Shown one piece after another: positions 36,952 through 47,543 of a stretch of DNA of 64,000 nucleotides. The first letter of the stretch is position 1; each line of letters begins with the position of its first letter. Where the stretch lies: assembly GCA_026025795.1 (NCBI GenBank), contig JAPEUG010000019.1, positions 1 through 64,000 of the forward strand, given 5' to 3'. The notes under the pieces were generated by a model. It was not told the DNA's origin, made no database searches, and was given only the letters and a program-made list of their open reading frames with translations. Position numbers and translations under genes: made by a program. Source of the DNA: Thelocarpon superellum (Eukaryota).

Positions 36952-38415
36952 ATGCGCTGCCCCTGGGTCGCACTGACGCTCTTGTTGGTGATCACCCCGG
37001 CCCTTTCCTCCCCCGTGGCCGTGGACGATGCAACAGGCCCATCACCGATAAATGGGTCGGTCACGGCGTTGGCCACCCACCCGGCGCTGCCGAACCAGGT
37101 GGTGGACTGTCGCGACCCTCGGACCGGGGTCAACGCCTCATGCTGGAACGACCTCAACATGACGGTGTGGGTGCAGAAATGGTACGCGATGCACACGTGC
37201 GATTCCGACGAGGGCTTTGCGGCCTGCTTCCTGCGCATCAATGGGATGGGTTCGGTCAACTGCACCGCCCTCAACCAACAGAGCTGCGGATCGTGGCTGG
37301 CCGAGTTCGTGCCGAACCGTGATCCGGAGATCTTCTACGTCCTGACGAACATCTACGGGATCAACAACTTCTTCAACTCCTGGTACCTGGCCACCAACTT
37401 CGCCGCGACGCACGCGGGGACGAAGATCCGGAAAATCGTGGCGCTGTTGGATCCCCCCAAAAAGAAGGGGGTCTTGTTGCAAGACCTGATCACCGCGCTG
37501 CTCGTGGGCCTGGCCTTCATCCCCGGCGCGGTGGATATCGCGCTGTGCGAGGGCATGGAAGTGCTGATGCACGTGGCCGTCGCCAGCGCGATGACGGCGC
37601 TCGTCGTGGCACCCGGCGTGGTGAAGTTTCTCTTCCCCATGGCCACGACGGATACGTCGACGGTGCAGATTGCCGACCTCGAGTCGCAGCTCAGCAGCCT
37701 GACGCAAAACATCGTCGCGCGACTCGCGCCGGGGCTCCGCATCGGGCTGAACGACATTGAAAATTTCGTGCTCATGGCCTCGACCGGCGCCTTTTCGGGG
37801 AAGCCGGCGTTTGCGTTGGATGAGCAGGTCGATGGGCTGGATCTGGGCCTCACGACCTTCCTCGTTTCGGTCTGCCTGGGGAATAACGGGTGGGAAGGGG
37901 TGGTGGCGACGGATACGGACGTGTCGCAAATCGGCAAGAATGGCACCCGCCCCCAGTACGAGCTCGACTGCGACCAATACGACCCGTACGGCGTTTGCAA
38001 CGCCTGGTACTACGACTCGACGGGCCAGAATACCTACACGCTCATCAATTACGGCAGTCCCAAGCAAAACCCTTACGCCAAGCTGGAGGGCATGTTCAGC
38101 GCCGGTTGGACCACGGGCCAGATGCTCTTCGCCAACGCGCAGGCGTGCATCAGCTCGGGCAACTACGGCAAGGGCCTCTTGTACTCGACCGACAACGCCA
38201 CCCTCCATCTCGAGTGCATCTCCCAGTTGCGCCTCTGCACCTGGGACAAGCAATGCATGCGTTCCGGGTGCGAGTTCTCCGACTGCGAACCCAACAAAGG
38301 CTTCGAAATGATCAATACGCGCTGGACCCAGAATTTCCAAGTGCCCGCGGGCTATCTGGGGCCGATGCTGACCGCCAAGGGCGCTCCCCATATCAGTCAT
38401 GCCGGGCCGAACTAA
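36952..38415 (+). CDS. Secreted Cys-rich 487-aa protein of unrecognised family
   Basis: Intronless ORF with strong third-position GC bias and signal peptide MRCPWVALTLLLVITPALS. Cys-rich N- and C-terminal parts, several NxS/T sites, and a central hydrophobic stretch. Confidence 0.85.
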   Translation: MRCPWVALTLLLVITPALSSPVAVDDATGPSPINGSVTALATHPALPNQVVDCRDPRTGVNASCWNDLNMTVWVQKWYAMHTCDSDEGFAACFLRINGMGSVNCTALNQQSCGSWLAEFVPNRDPEIFYVLTNIYGINNFFNSWYLATNFAATHAGTKIRKIVALLDPPKKKGVLLQDLITALLVGLAFIPGAVDIALCEGMEVLMHVAVASAMTALVVAPGVVKFLFPMATTDTSTVQIADLESQLSSLTQNIVARLAPGLRIGLNDIENFVLMASTGAFSGKPAFALDEQVDGLDLGLTTFLVSVCLGNNGWEGVVATDTDVSQIGKNGTRPQYELDCDQYDPYGVCNAWYYDSTGQNTYTLINYGSPKQNPYAKLEGMFSAGWTTGQMLFANAQACISSGNYGKGLLYSTDNATLHLECISQLRLCTWDKQCMRSGCEFSDCEPNKGFEMINTRWTQNFQVPAGYLGPMLTAKGAPHISHAGPN

Positions 38416-39156
38416 TCTCCTTCCATCGCCGGCGTGCGCCTGCTCCTTCTGCCTTGCATGCATCGGCGCTTCTGCACCACTTCCTCGCGGCGCATTTTCT
38501 TGGACATGCTTTGGCATCGTGCTCTCTGCGCTTCGTCGCGTCTCGTTTTCCTCGTGACTTCTCTCCGACGGCCCCATTGCACGGCATACTCCGTTCCGCT
38601 TTGCACGGTCGCACGCCACGGCGCTGATGTCTGTCGACTTGGGTTGCTTTGGTGTATAACATCGTTTGCGGTCTGCGCTCGGGATTGATCGTATATACCT
38701 TGTACGCCTACGGAAGACTGTCGATTCATCAGTAGTAGGACTAGGACTGTCAAAGTACAGGACGCGCCTCCAGCCCCATTGGCACCAAAAGCTACATCTG
38801 CAACCATCGTGACATCACATGTTGACAGATGGACGGACGAGACGACCCATCCGTGCTCCACTACCATCCCGGCCCTTGTTTCAGACATCCTGTGAAGTCG
38901 ACTCCCCTCGTCGCACGGATCTCCACTCTCATCCCCGGTAAGCGAATGAACGAGCGTGGATGGCCTGTGTCAACGATTTGTCGTGCCATGTGCGGGGTTT
39001 CCCTCCCCGTGTTTGTTTCCGATCCACGCTAGATGCAGGGAAGGGAATCCATTCTGATTCGGACCGACTGCGATTTCACGGCTGGGGCGTGATCGGAATG
39101 CCGAGTGGCCTGGGCCCACTGCTGCAAGCTACTTGTCATTATTCCTGGCACGATCA

Positions 39157-39362
39157 TGTAGGGACTGAAGAATCATCTTACGGGGAGATTGGGCCTCGAC
39201 TAAGGTCCTCGTGCGTCTTCCCTGCAGGGATCATCAGCGATGACAGGCGACCGATGTGCTCGAAGACGACGCGATTGTGTCAATGACTCTGTAGGGAAGG
39301 GCAACGCGCACAGGCTTGTTGCTTAACTGTACAGGTCCTTTACGACCTCTAGAGTCCCTACA
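39157..39362. mobile_element. Candidate solo LTR of a second family (B), 206 bp
   Basis: TGTAGGGACT at 39157-39166 and its perfect reverse complement AGTCCCTACA at 39353-39362 (TG..CA termini). No TSD seen. Confidence 0.5.
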
Positions 39363-39370
39363 ACATGTGG

Positions 39371-39617
39371 TGCGAGGCCGAGGGCCTACACCTTACCGTA
39401 GGGATGGTGGTAGTCATGTGATGTATCGTCACGTGCCATATGACGTGACGTCTCGTTTTGCATACAGCGAGCGACGCAGGCATTTATCTGTGTACCAAGA
39501 TCCAACTCAGTCCTACGCTGGAGTCAGGAATAGGTCTTGGAACCCTACGGCACCACGACCTCCTAGCCAACCGACGACGTCCATTGATTCCGCCTAGCTG
39601 TACGCTTGGTCGTCACG
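39371..39617 (-). mobile_element. Solo LTR (family A), reverse orientation
   Basis: Reverse complement reads cgtgacgaccaagcgtacagctaggcggaatcaatggacgtcgtcggttggctag...tagggttccaagacctattcctga...cggcctcgca, closely matching 17359-17608. Confidence 0.85.
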
Positions 39618-40050
39618 ACTGGGTACATCCATGCCTATGCACTACTACTAGTAGTGTGTATACCCATATGTAATGGAGATATGTTATGTATGTATGTGCA
39701 TAGGGACATCTTCAGCCCGGTGATATGTTTTCTTTGGAGAATGTTGCAGATATCTGACCTTGCACAGAGGAATTTGATACCTCGATCCTTTGATCCATCA
39801 ACAGAGAGCGCATCACGCGATCTGCGCCTCAACCGTACCCCTGCTCCATCGCCGCACATACCTGACCAGATGAAGTCGAGCTTTGCGATCGAGCATTGGA
39901 AAAGGAGGTCCCGGCTTTGCTGCCAAAAGTCCGCTGAATCCTCGAATCCTCATTGTTGCTTCATCAGCTTCGCAGTTCATTGCCTTCCTACAAGTACCTC
40001 ACAGCTATCATCTTTCCGCACAAGCTTAAAGTCAAGATGTTATCAACAAC

Positions 40051-40456
40051 ATGCAACCTTTGTTCTTTTCCGCTCTCCTGGGCCTTGGCTGTAGCCTCTT
40101 CAGCACAGCGCTTGCTCGACCTATTCCTCAACATCCGGGTTTCCGTGGCACTGGCGGTAATTGCAATGTAGGATGCGAATTTCTCGTCAACAGATTCCCC
40201 AGAGTCTGGCTCATAGACTGTGCGAAATTGGAGCAACTTCTCATCAAGACGTAAGGGAGCGAATAGATTGAGATCAACGCAGTCTCATTGCTTGTATATC
40301 CGTTATCTCTGAAGAGGCGAGTACACGTTCTGCTTCCACCGGCGAGTCGTGACCAACTGGATGGATACTGGGGCCCGACTTGGCAAGTGTCCACACGAAA
40401 CGTGGCAGGGTCAGGTCACGATGGCGAGGCCTGAACGCGCGACGGCGTGTGGATAG
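40051..40456 (+). CDS. Small secreted Cys-containing protein (~93 aa if spliced)
   Basis: Signal MQPLFFSALLGLGCSLFSTALA. Putative introns 40157-40216 and 40251-40314 give RPIPQHPGFRGTGDCAKLEQLLIKTGEYTFCFHRRVVTNWMDTGARLGKCPHETWQGQVTMARPERATACG*. Branch points are weak. Confidence 0.55.
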
Positions 40457-41534
40457 CCAGACGCCGGTTGAGGCTCGAGAGACCGACCGGGATTTGAATC
40501 ATTGAGACGAGGCTAAAGTGTAGAGAGCGGTGTTGAGGGAGGTGCTATGGACCTGGGCAATGACGCGAAGGTTGTGATGTGGAAATTCTTCGCTTGACCC
40601 GGTTGGTGTGGACGAGACGGTGCGGACTAGGAGCCCTCTGGGGACCGCGGGTCATGGCTCTACGAGTATGTTACGAGTACGGAGGGAGCGTCGAGACGAT
40701 ACTAGCACGTGGGGACATGTTACGAGGCTCCGGGAGTGTAGCTGCGCTGATAACACGACACACTGTTACTACGAAGTCTACTTTCTAGTAGAAACTACTA
40801 CTTTGTACCTGGTCCTACTTCAGAGCAAAGTTGCAGCAGAGTCCACTAGGGTTGCTCGTTGGCCACCTCGGTAAGAAGATGAGGATGATCCTATATGAAT
40901 GAGGAACTATTGTGGTCTCTCGAATAACAGGACGCCAGTTAGTTATACATGCCGATCCGGGCGCACCAACTCCGCGAAGCGACCAGCGATGATTCAGATG
41001 GGTGACTAGGCAGCACTTCTATTCCAGTCATGAGCTGCAGGTCCCTTCACAATGTCTGGATGCGTGACCGTGGTTGGACAATTCGAGGTCATTTGCAACC
41101 TCGACCGGACGAGGAAGTAAGACAGCGATGGGCGTGAGCATGTCCGATGACGCACGAGGCTCGGCCTAGCCAGGTGCTGCTCCACCTAGTGCCTGTGCAC
41201 GTCCGACCCGGCTTGTGCCAGGTCCCTCACCAGTTGTAGGGCTGCACGCTGCACGCTGCACGCGTGTGGCGCACGCGCGACTCATCTCGCCGTCACCGCC
41301 GCCCACGCACCTCAAGTGACGTGCGCGCATGTACATCTGAGCCCCAAGCTGTGCCATCTGCGGCCTATCACCAGCGGTTGTCAGCGCTGCTGCGGCGCTC
41401 GCGGCGACGGTCATGGTCCTGTATATCTACCTTGCCTCTCTGCTGCCGTCGCTGGCGATGCGCCGTGTCCGTGTCCGTATCCGTCTCTGATGCACGAGTA
41501 AGTGCGAGCACGTTGGGTACGAGTGACACTCACC

Positions 41535-42655
41535 ATGGCTTCCGACGACACCGCCACGACGCGACCGGAGCGATCGCGATCGCTCTCGGAGGAGATCAAC
41601 GTCGCCACGAGGTAGATCCCATCAGCTCATCTCGACGCCATCATGTCGGTCGTCGCTCATACCTGTCTCTTAGATCGGCCCATACGAAGCTCAATCGCAT
41701 GATCACCGCCCGTCTTCCACTGGCTCTGCCCCCGCAGACCGACACACCGCACCTGTATTTCGTGGGCATCAGCCATTTCGCGCGGGTCTATCAGACGTTT
41801 GAATCGCTGTGGCTTTCCATTCTGAGCACGGGGCCGGGCTCCGTCGTGCCCCCCCGCACCCTCTCCGTCCTCCAACATCTCCACCTGCCCGCCCTGCGGC
41901 GCACCCCGCGTCTCGACGCCGACTTGGCCCACCTCTCCAGCGTCCTCGCGGACGCCGGACGACCCGAGCCCCAATCCGCCTCCACCACCGCTCCCACCTC
42001 GGCCTCCTCCAGCGCAATCCAAGACTTCACCGCGCACATCCGCGCCGCCGTCGCGGCCCGACCGCACGTCCTGCTCGCGTACGCCTGGGTACTCTACATG
42101 GCCCTCTTCGCCGGCGGTCGGCACTTGCGGGCGCAACTCCGGGCCGCGGGCCCCACCTTTTGGGCACCAACGACGACCACGACGGCGACAGCGCGATTCG
42201 AAGACCGCCACCCGGGGCTCGAGTTCTTCTACTTCGCCGGCGACGCCGACGGGTCCGATCTGAAATCCAGCTTCCGCAGCCGCTTCTCCGCCGCCGAGGC
42301 GCTGCTGACGCCGTCGGAACGGCAGCACATCGTCGACGAGGCCGGCCATATCTTCCGCCACTGCATCCTGCTCGTCGAGGAGCTCGACGGTCTCGTCACC
42401 GCGTCGACCTTTCCCTTGGCCGCCGCGGCGCCCGCCGCGGACTCGTCGTGCGCCGCGTTCGTCGCTTCCTCTGCGAGAGCCATGCATCTCTCGGGCGTGG
42501 GCGGAGCGGCGCTCGTCGCGCTCCGCCGCGCTCGACGCGTCGTGGGGATCGGCGCCGTCGTCGTGCTCGGGCTGTGGTTCCTCCTCTCTGCGCTGCGCGC
42601 GCCCACTCCCGTCCTGTCGACTGCGACGCCGTATATCCCGAATTTCGTCGTGTGA
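41535..42655 (+). CDS. Heme oxygenase-like protein with a C-terminal membrane anchor
   Basis: caccATG MASDDT...SLSEEINVATR|SAHTKLNRMITARLPLAL (candidate His ligand), LLAYAWVLYMALFAGGRHL and IVDEAGHIF; C-terminal VVGIGAVVVLGLWFLLSAL. Confidence 0.85.
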
Positions 42656-42804
42656 TTCCCCCTCCCCCTCCTGCATGATTTCGTCTCTACATTCTCCATC
42701 CATATATACGTGCATCAATGCAGGTTGGGTGCTGCAGAAGAGTGGATGACTCTTATGACTCCTCGCGCGTGCACTTGGATTGAATTCATCGTCGTTGTCC
42801 GTCT

Positions 42805-42832
42805 AGCATAGCATAGCACAGCATAGCATAGC
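42805..42832. repeat. (TAGCA)n microsatellite
   Basis: tagcatagcatagcacagcatagcatagc. Confidence 0.8.
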
Positions 42833-43303
42833 GTCTGGACCGAGGCATCAACATCAATGTCAGATGAGACGAGTCTAGAGTCATGATTACGTTACTCGTC
42901 ATTACAATGTGGGGAGTGGGGAGTGGGGAGGCAGAAGGGGAAGAGGTGCCGTTGAAGCGTAGTGATGCTACTACGTAAAGTAGAAGAAAGAGGAGGAGGA
43001 GGAGGAGGAGGAGAAGGAAGACGCTACTCCCCTAGCCGATCCCGACCAGATCTTCCCCCCATCCGATGCGATCATCGAATGGATGAACACGAGTAAAGCA
43101 GACGCCGGACCCAACCTAACCCAGCCCAGACCAGAGAGGAATCGAAATCGCTCCGCTTGGGACAACACCGGTTTGCGCCATCACCACATCACATCCCATT
43201 TCCGTTCTCATCGCCGTCGCCCTTCCCTCGTCCTTCCCTCCGCCCCTTTCCCCATTTCATCACCGTCGTCGTCGTCGCCATCAGATGCAGCGCACGACTG
43301 TCA

Positions 43304-44176
43304 TCACCGCGGCACTGACAACAATCCCCGGACGCGCTCGATCCGCTGCACGGCGCCTTCCAGCCGTTCCAGCCGCTTGCGCTTCTCGCCATCGCGCCGC
43401 TCGAGGACGGCCACGCGCTCTTCGAGTTTGGCGCGCGCCTTGCGCTCGCTCGCGACCATCTCGTTGGCCTGTGCAAACAGCGCGGTGCTAAGTTCTTCCA
43501 GCTCGCCATTCGCCTGCGTCAGCTTGCCCTCGGCCTGCTGTCGGAGCAGGTGCTCCCGGTTCAACGCCGCCTCGAGCTCGCTCGTGCTGGGCGTGGTCTG
43601 GGTCGCAGGGCTGGGCGATGTCGCGGGCGCGGGCACGGGCACGGGCATGGGCACGGGCGACTTGCGCGACGTCAGGAAAGACGACAGGCGCGTCTGCACC
43701 GGGATGGAGGCGGCGCGCGCGGCGGAGGCGCCGTCGGGCGAGCCGCTGGCACCGACGGCTGGCGTGCCGGCCGCTGACGGTTCGGGCGTGAGGGACTGGT
43801 TGCGAGAGGCGGGCGGGGCCGGATGTGGAGATGCATCTTCGACGCACTTGAGCCGTCGGATCTCGTCCTCGTAGTCGGCCAGTCGGTCCGCTGCAAGCGC
43901 CCGCGATCTTGTCAGCCAGGCCAATGTGGGCGCGATCGCGCGCACGAGGGTGTCGATGTCCATCGCCACCCGACTTGACTCACCTGCCGAAGTGGCCTTT
44001 CCCGTCAGGATCTTGACTTGTGACTCGAGCTCGGCGATCCGCCGCTGAGCGTCGCCATCGTCGTGGGCGTGGGAGGAATGCGGCAGGCCCGCGCCGCAGT
44101 TGGGACACGTCTGCGACGAGAGGAAGGGCGGCAGCCCGACACTCTGGGCAGGGCGAAGCGTCGTCACGACGGACAT
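43304..44176 (-). CDS. Sec2-like (Rab GEF coiled-coil) domain protein
   Basis: CPNCG...AQRRIAELESQVKILTGKATSA|ADRLADYEDEI...ELEELSTALFAQANEMVASERKARAKLEERV. Intron at 43891-43983; start uncertain. Confidence 0.8.
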   Translation of the reverse strand: MSVVTTLRPAQSVGLPPFLSSQTCPNCGAGLPHSSHAHDDGDAQRRIAELESQVKILTGKATSAGESSRVAMDIDTLVRAIAPTLAWLTRSRALAADRLADYEDEIRRLKCVEDASPHPAPPASRNQSLTPEPSAAGTPAVGASGSPDGASAARAASIPVQTRLSSFLTSRKSPVPMPVPVPAPATSPSPATQTTPSTSELEAALNREHLLRQQAEGKLTQANGELEELSTALFAQANEMVASERKARAKLEERVAVLERRDGEKRKRLERLEGAVQRIERVRGLLSVPR

Positions 44177-45181
44177 TCGTCAGGATGCGTACCCGCCGGT
44201 CAACGGGATGGGTGAAGGGTGAAGGATGATGGATGAACACCGCGACACCGTAGTGACCGTGGCGGTAGAGCAGCGCATGGATGGCTGCTTGGACCAAGGG
44301 ACGAGGACGTGGACGTGGACGTGGACGTGGCGAGATGGAAAGGGTTCGCTACCGGACCTCAGCGCCTACCGGAGGTTGCGATCGGGCAGTCGTGTGGTCG
44401 GTGGTCAGTGATGTGGTCAGTGGTCGTGCGGTACGGTCGTTTGAAGGAATGACAGACTGGGCGACACGAGGATTGGTGGCGCAGGCAGCACGGGCTGCTA
44501 GGAGCCGGAGGGCCCTAAGAACTACGTCGCGGTAGGATGTCCGGGGGCCCCTTCGATTGCCCGCATGAGCGTCACGGCGTCTCGTCAGCCAGTCTTTAGC
44601 TGGGCTAGCAGCCCATGCCGGCTTGCCCGTCAGCCAGCCAGCAAGGGATCCATTCGTCAAGCCACTCCGTGTTGGATCGAAACCTGACCCTTGCCGCTGA
44701 CTACTATTACTCGTACTCATGCTCGTCAGACCAGTAACAATGAATGAGGGTGTTTCACACCGTCCCCTCCTCTACAGTCGACGCTGCGAAACATCCTGGT
44801 ACAGGACGAGTACGGCTCCAGGTAAGGTCCAGTGTGCCTGGTGCTGTTGCGCAGGCAGGAATCAGTACAGATAGTAGAACAGCTGACTATTAAAACTCGG
44901 CTAACTATCAGAAGTCTGCTTGGGTCTGCCCATACAAACTATATGGGAACCCTTAAAGCAGCATTTCCTGCTGCCCCTTCTCATGACCAACCGCTGATTA
45001 TGTCATCTTCCAACAGGTGCGAGTAGCTGAACACCCCCGTGACACCCCATTCCACTTCCCCGCCAGCCCAGCTTGGTGGGTGAGTTTGCTACGCAGTAGT
45101 CGAGGCACCTCATCAGATGGGATTCCTCCTTCCCAGATCATTACATACGCAGATGTCTGAACCAACCCTCTCTCTACATCT

Positions 45182-46515
45182 CTATCTACCGCCCTCGTTC
45201 GTCGCGGGTAGAACAAGCGGGCCGGCCCAATCAGGCATCGCCGTCTCATACGACCACGAGCCACCATGAGCCTCATCCTCGTCACACGAATAGCGCATGG
45301 CGTGGAGGTAGATGCCCAACTCATGCACGCCCGGGTCCGAGTAGAGCTCCGTGTCGCACACGGCGCAGCGTTCGCCCGTCATCTTCTCCGCCTTGCGCCG
45401 GTTGTACTCGTCCACCATGTCGTCGTGATATGCCACGGCATCCGCCACCTCGTCCTTGCCCATGCGCGACAGCCGCGCGATGATGTCCTCGTCCGCCATG
45501 TCGGCCGTGGCGTCATTGGCGCCCAAGGACATGCCGAAGACGCGCTGGTTGCTGTAGATGGGGTCGTTGCTGATGGGATGGCCCAGGAATTGGAGGTGCA
45601 CGCGGATCTGGTGCGTGCGGCCGGTGAGGGGCTTGCATCGCACGACCGAGGAGCCCGGCCGGCCGGGATAGTAGGCCAGCCGTCGAAAGACCGTGTGCGC
45701 CTCCTTGCCGTTGGCACGCACCCGGTTCAGGCCCAGCTTGGGGCTGATGGAGAGGATGGGCTGCGCGCACGCCACCTCGCCCTCGGGAAACTCGCCGCGC
45801 ACGCGCGCAACGTATTCCTTGCGGACGGTGCGGCTCATGATCTGCCGCGAGATCTTCTCCGCCGCCCGCGCGTGCTTCCCGATGAACATGATGCCGCTCG
45901 TCAGTCGATCCAGCCGGTTACACGGCAAGGGGTTCCATCCCATCCCGCGCTCGGCCCGCATGATCTCCACGACGGAGTTGTAGTTGTATCGCCCGGCCGG
46001 GTGCACGGGCACGCCGGCCGGCTTGTCGATGACGATCAGATCGTCATCTTCATGGACGATGCCGATGGCCTTGGCCGTCACCGGCGGCTCATGTCGGTGC
46101 AGGGTGTGAGAGATGACATCGCCATTCTTGACGACGCTGGCCGGCGACGGCACGGGCTTGCCATTGACCACGACCGCACCGCGCTCGATGGCGTCTTTCT
46201 AGAGGCCGCCCGGGTCAGCTGGGGTCCCCGCACGTCCTTGATCCGGGAGCACGAGGAGGGTCGCACGTAGTAGTCCGCCGTGCGGTCGCGAAACTCCGAG
46301 GCAAAGATGTCCAACAGCGCGCGACCGCGCCACCGTTCCTTGCAATAGGTGTTGTAGGTAAAGTGGTAGGGCCGCACCCGGCGCAGTCCATCCTCGAGAT
46401 AGTAGGGCCGAGGCCAGGGATCACACGGTGGGGTGAGGACAGGAGCGGTCACTGCCAGTGGCGGAGGCGGTCCGGTGGGCGCAGGAGAGTGTGCCACCAC
46501 CACGGCGCTGGACAT
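45182..46515 (-). CDS. RluA-family tRNA pseudouridine-32 synthase (Rib2/Pus9-like, no deaminase domain)
   Basis: GLRRVRPYHFTYNTYCKERWRGR, HRHEPPV, VIDKPAGVPVHPAGRY, catalytic CNRLDRLTSG, TGRTHQIRVHLQFLGHPISNDPIY and IYLHA. Confidence 0.92.
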
Positions 46516-47543
46516 GCTTCGTGGGAGAGGAGCGAGGCGACGGAGCCACGCCAAGGAGCGGGCGGAGGAAGCCAGTGGGGCGGACACGAGCAAAGGGCAC
46601 GAGAAAGTGGGAGGTCGTCGGTGACCGATCGAGCATGGTGGTGATCAACAGCGTGGGCGATCTCAATGACCCACACAGACGCGGCCGAAACGTGGAAGCC
46701 TCAACACGCGTGAGGACTGAGACTACGACTACTGACACCATGCCAGTCTCATGCGCGCAGGGCGCACATCAGATCACCGTTCGTCTACGCCTTACGCTGC
46801 CGGCCAAACAACCATGAACGATTCCATTGCAATCTAAATGTACGGGTGCGCCGAGTGTGCCATCCTCTACGATGCTTTTCTGGTGACGCATCAGACCCGA
46901 TACCCGCCGATGCACGGTGCGGCCCAACGCCCTGAGCAGCGCCGCAGAGATCCTCCTCCCATGCCTGATCCACGCCAGGGAACGTGGCCTGCACGGGAAG
47001 AAAGTGATCGCGGGGAATCGTGTGCCGGACCGTGCTCGTAGGACAGCGCGGACGAGGACGTCGGAGATGAGGCGGAGCGGAGCGGAGAGCGGGGAGCGGG
47101 GAGCGGGGAGCGGAGAGCGGAGAAGGGAGCGCGGAAAGCGACGCGCAAGGAGCGATGACAGCCACGGACCATGACGGATGCGTATCCAAAGAGCGCCCGT
47201 CGCACTCCACCCCTCCACGTCCTGGAGGCAAGCCCGGACATCGCGAGCGGACGGCAAGCAAGAAAACGGGACCGGATGGTAGAAGCGGGACGTGCCACGA
47301 GACCGACATCCCCACGACGGATGACGACGCTGACATGACACATGAGATCAGATCAGTCACGGGGCGATGCAGCGCCGGACTATTGCGAGAACGCGACGGG
47401 CGAGGGCGGGCGACGACGGGGCAAAGAGGGTGCCGGCGAGGAGGGCGCCGAGGTGAAGAGGTCCGGTCGGAGAAGAGGAGAAACGAAGAAAGGTGAGGAC
47501 GCATCACACAGCGCGGGAGGCGGCGCGTCGAGGGGAAGGAGCA

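Noticed and set aside
37138..38619. 493-aa antisense ORF, and similar long shadow ORFs opposite IRS4, ASE1, CSN5, the heme-oxygenase-like gene, the pseudouridine synthase, TIF3 and FMP27
   Set aside because: Expected by-product of GC-rich codon bias on the real coding strand; no recognisable motifs.
41264..41534. Long N-terminal extension of the heme-oxygenase-like ORF
   Set aside because: Non-ATG start with low-complexity content; caccATG at 41535 plus an intron yields the family-type N-terminus.
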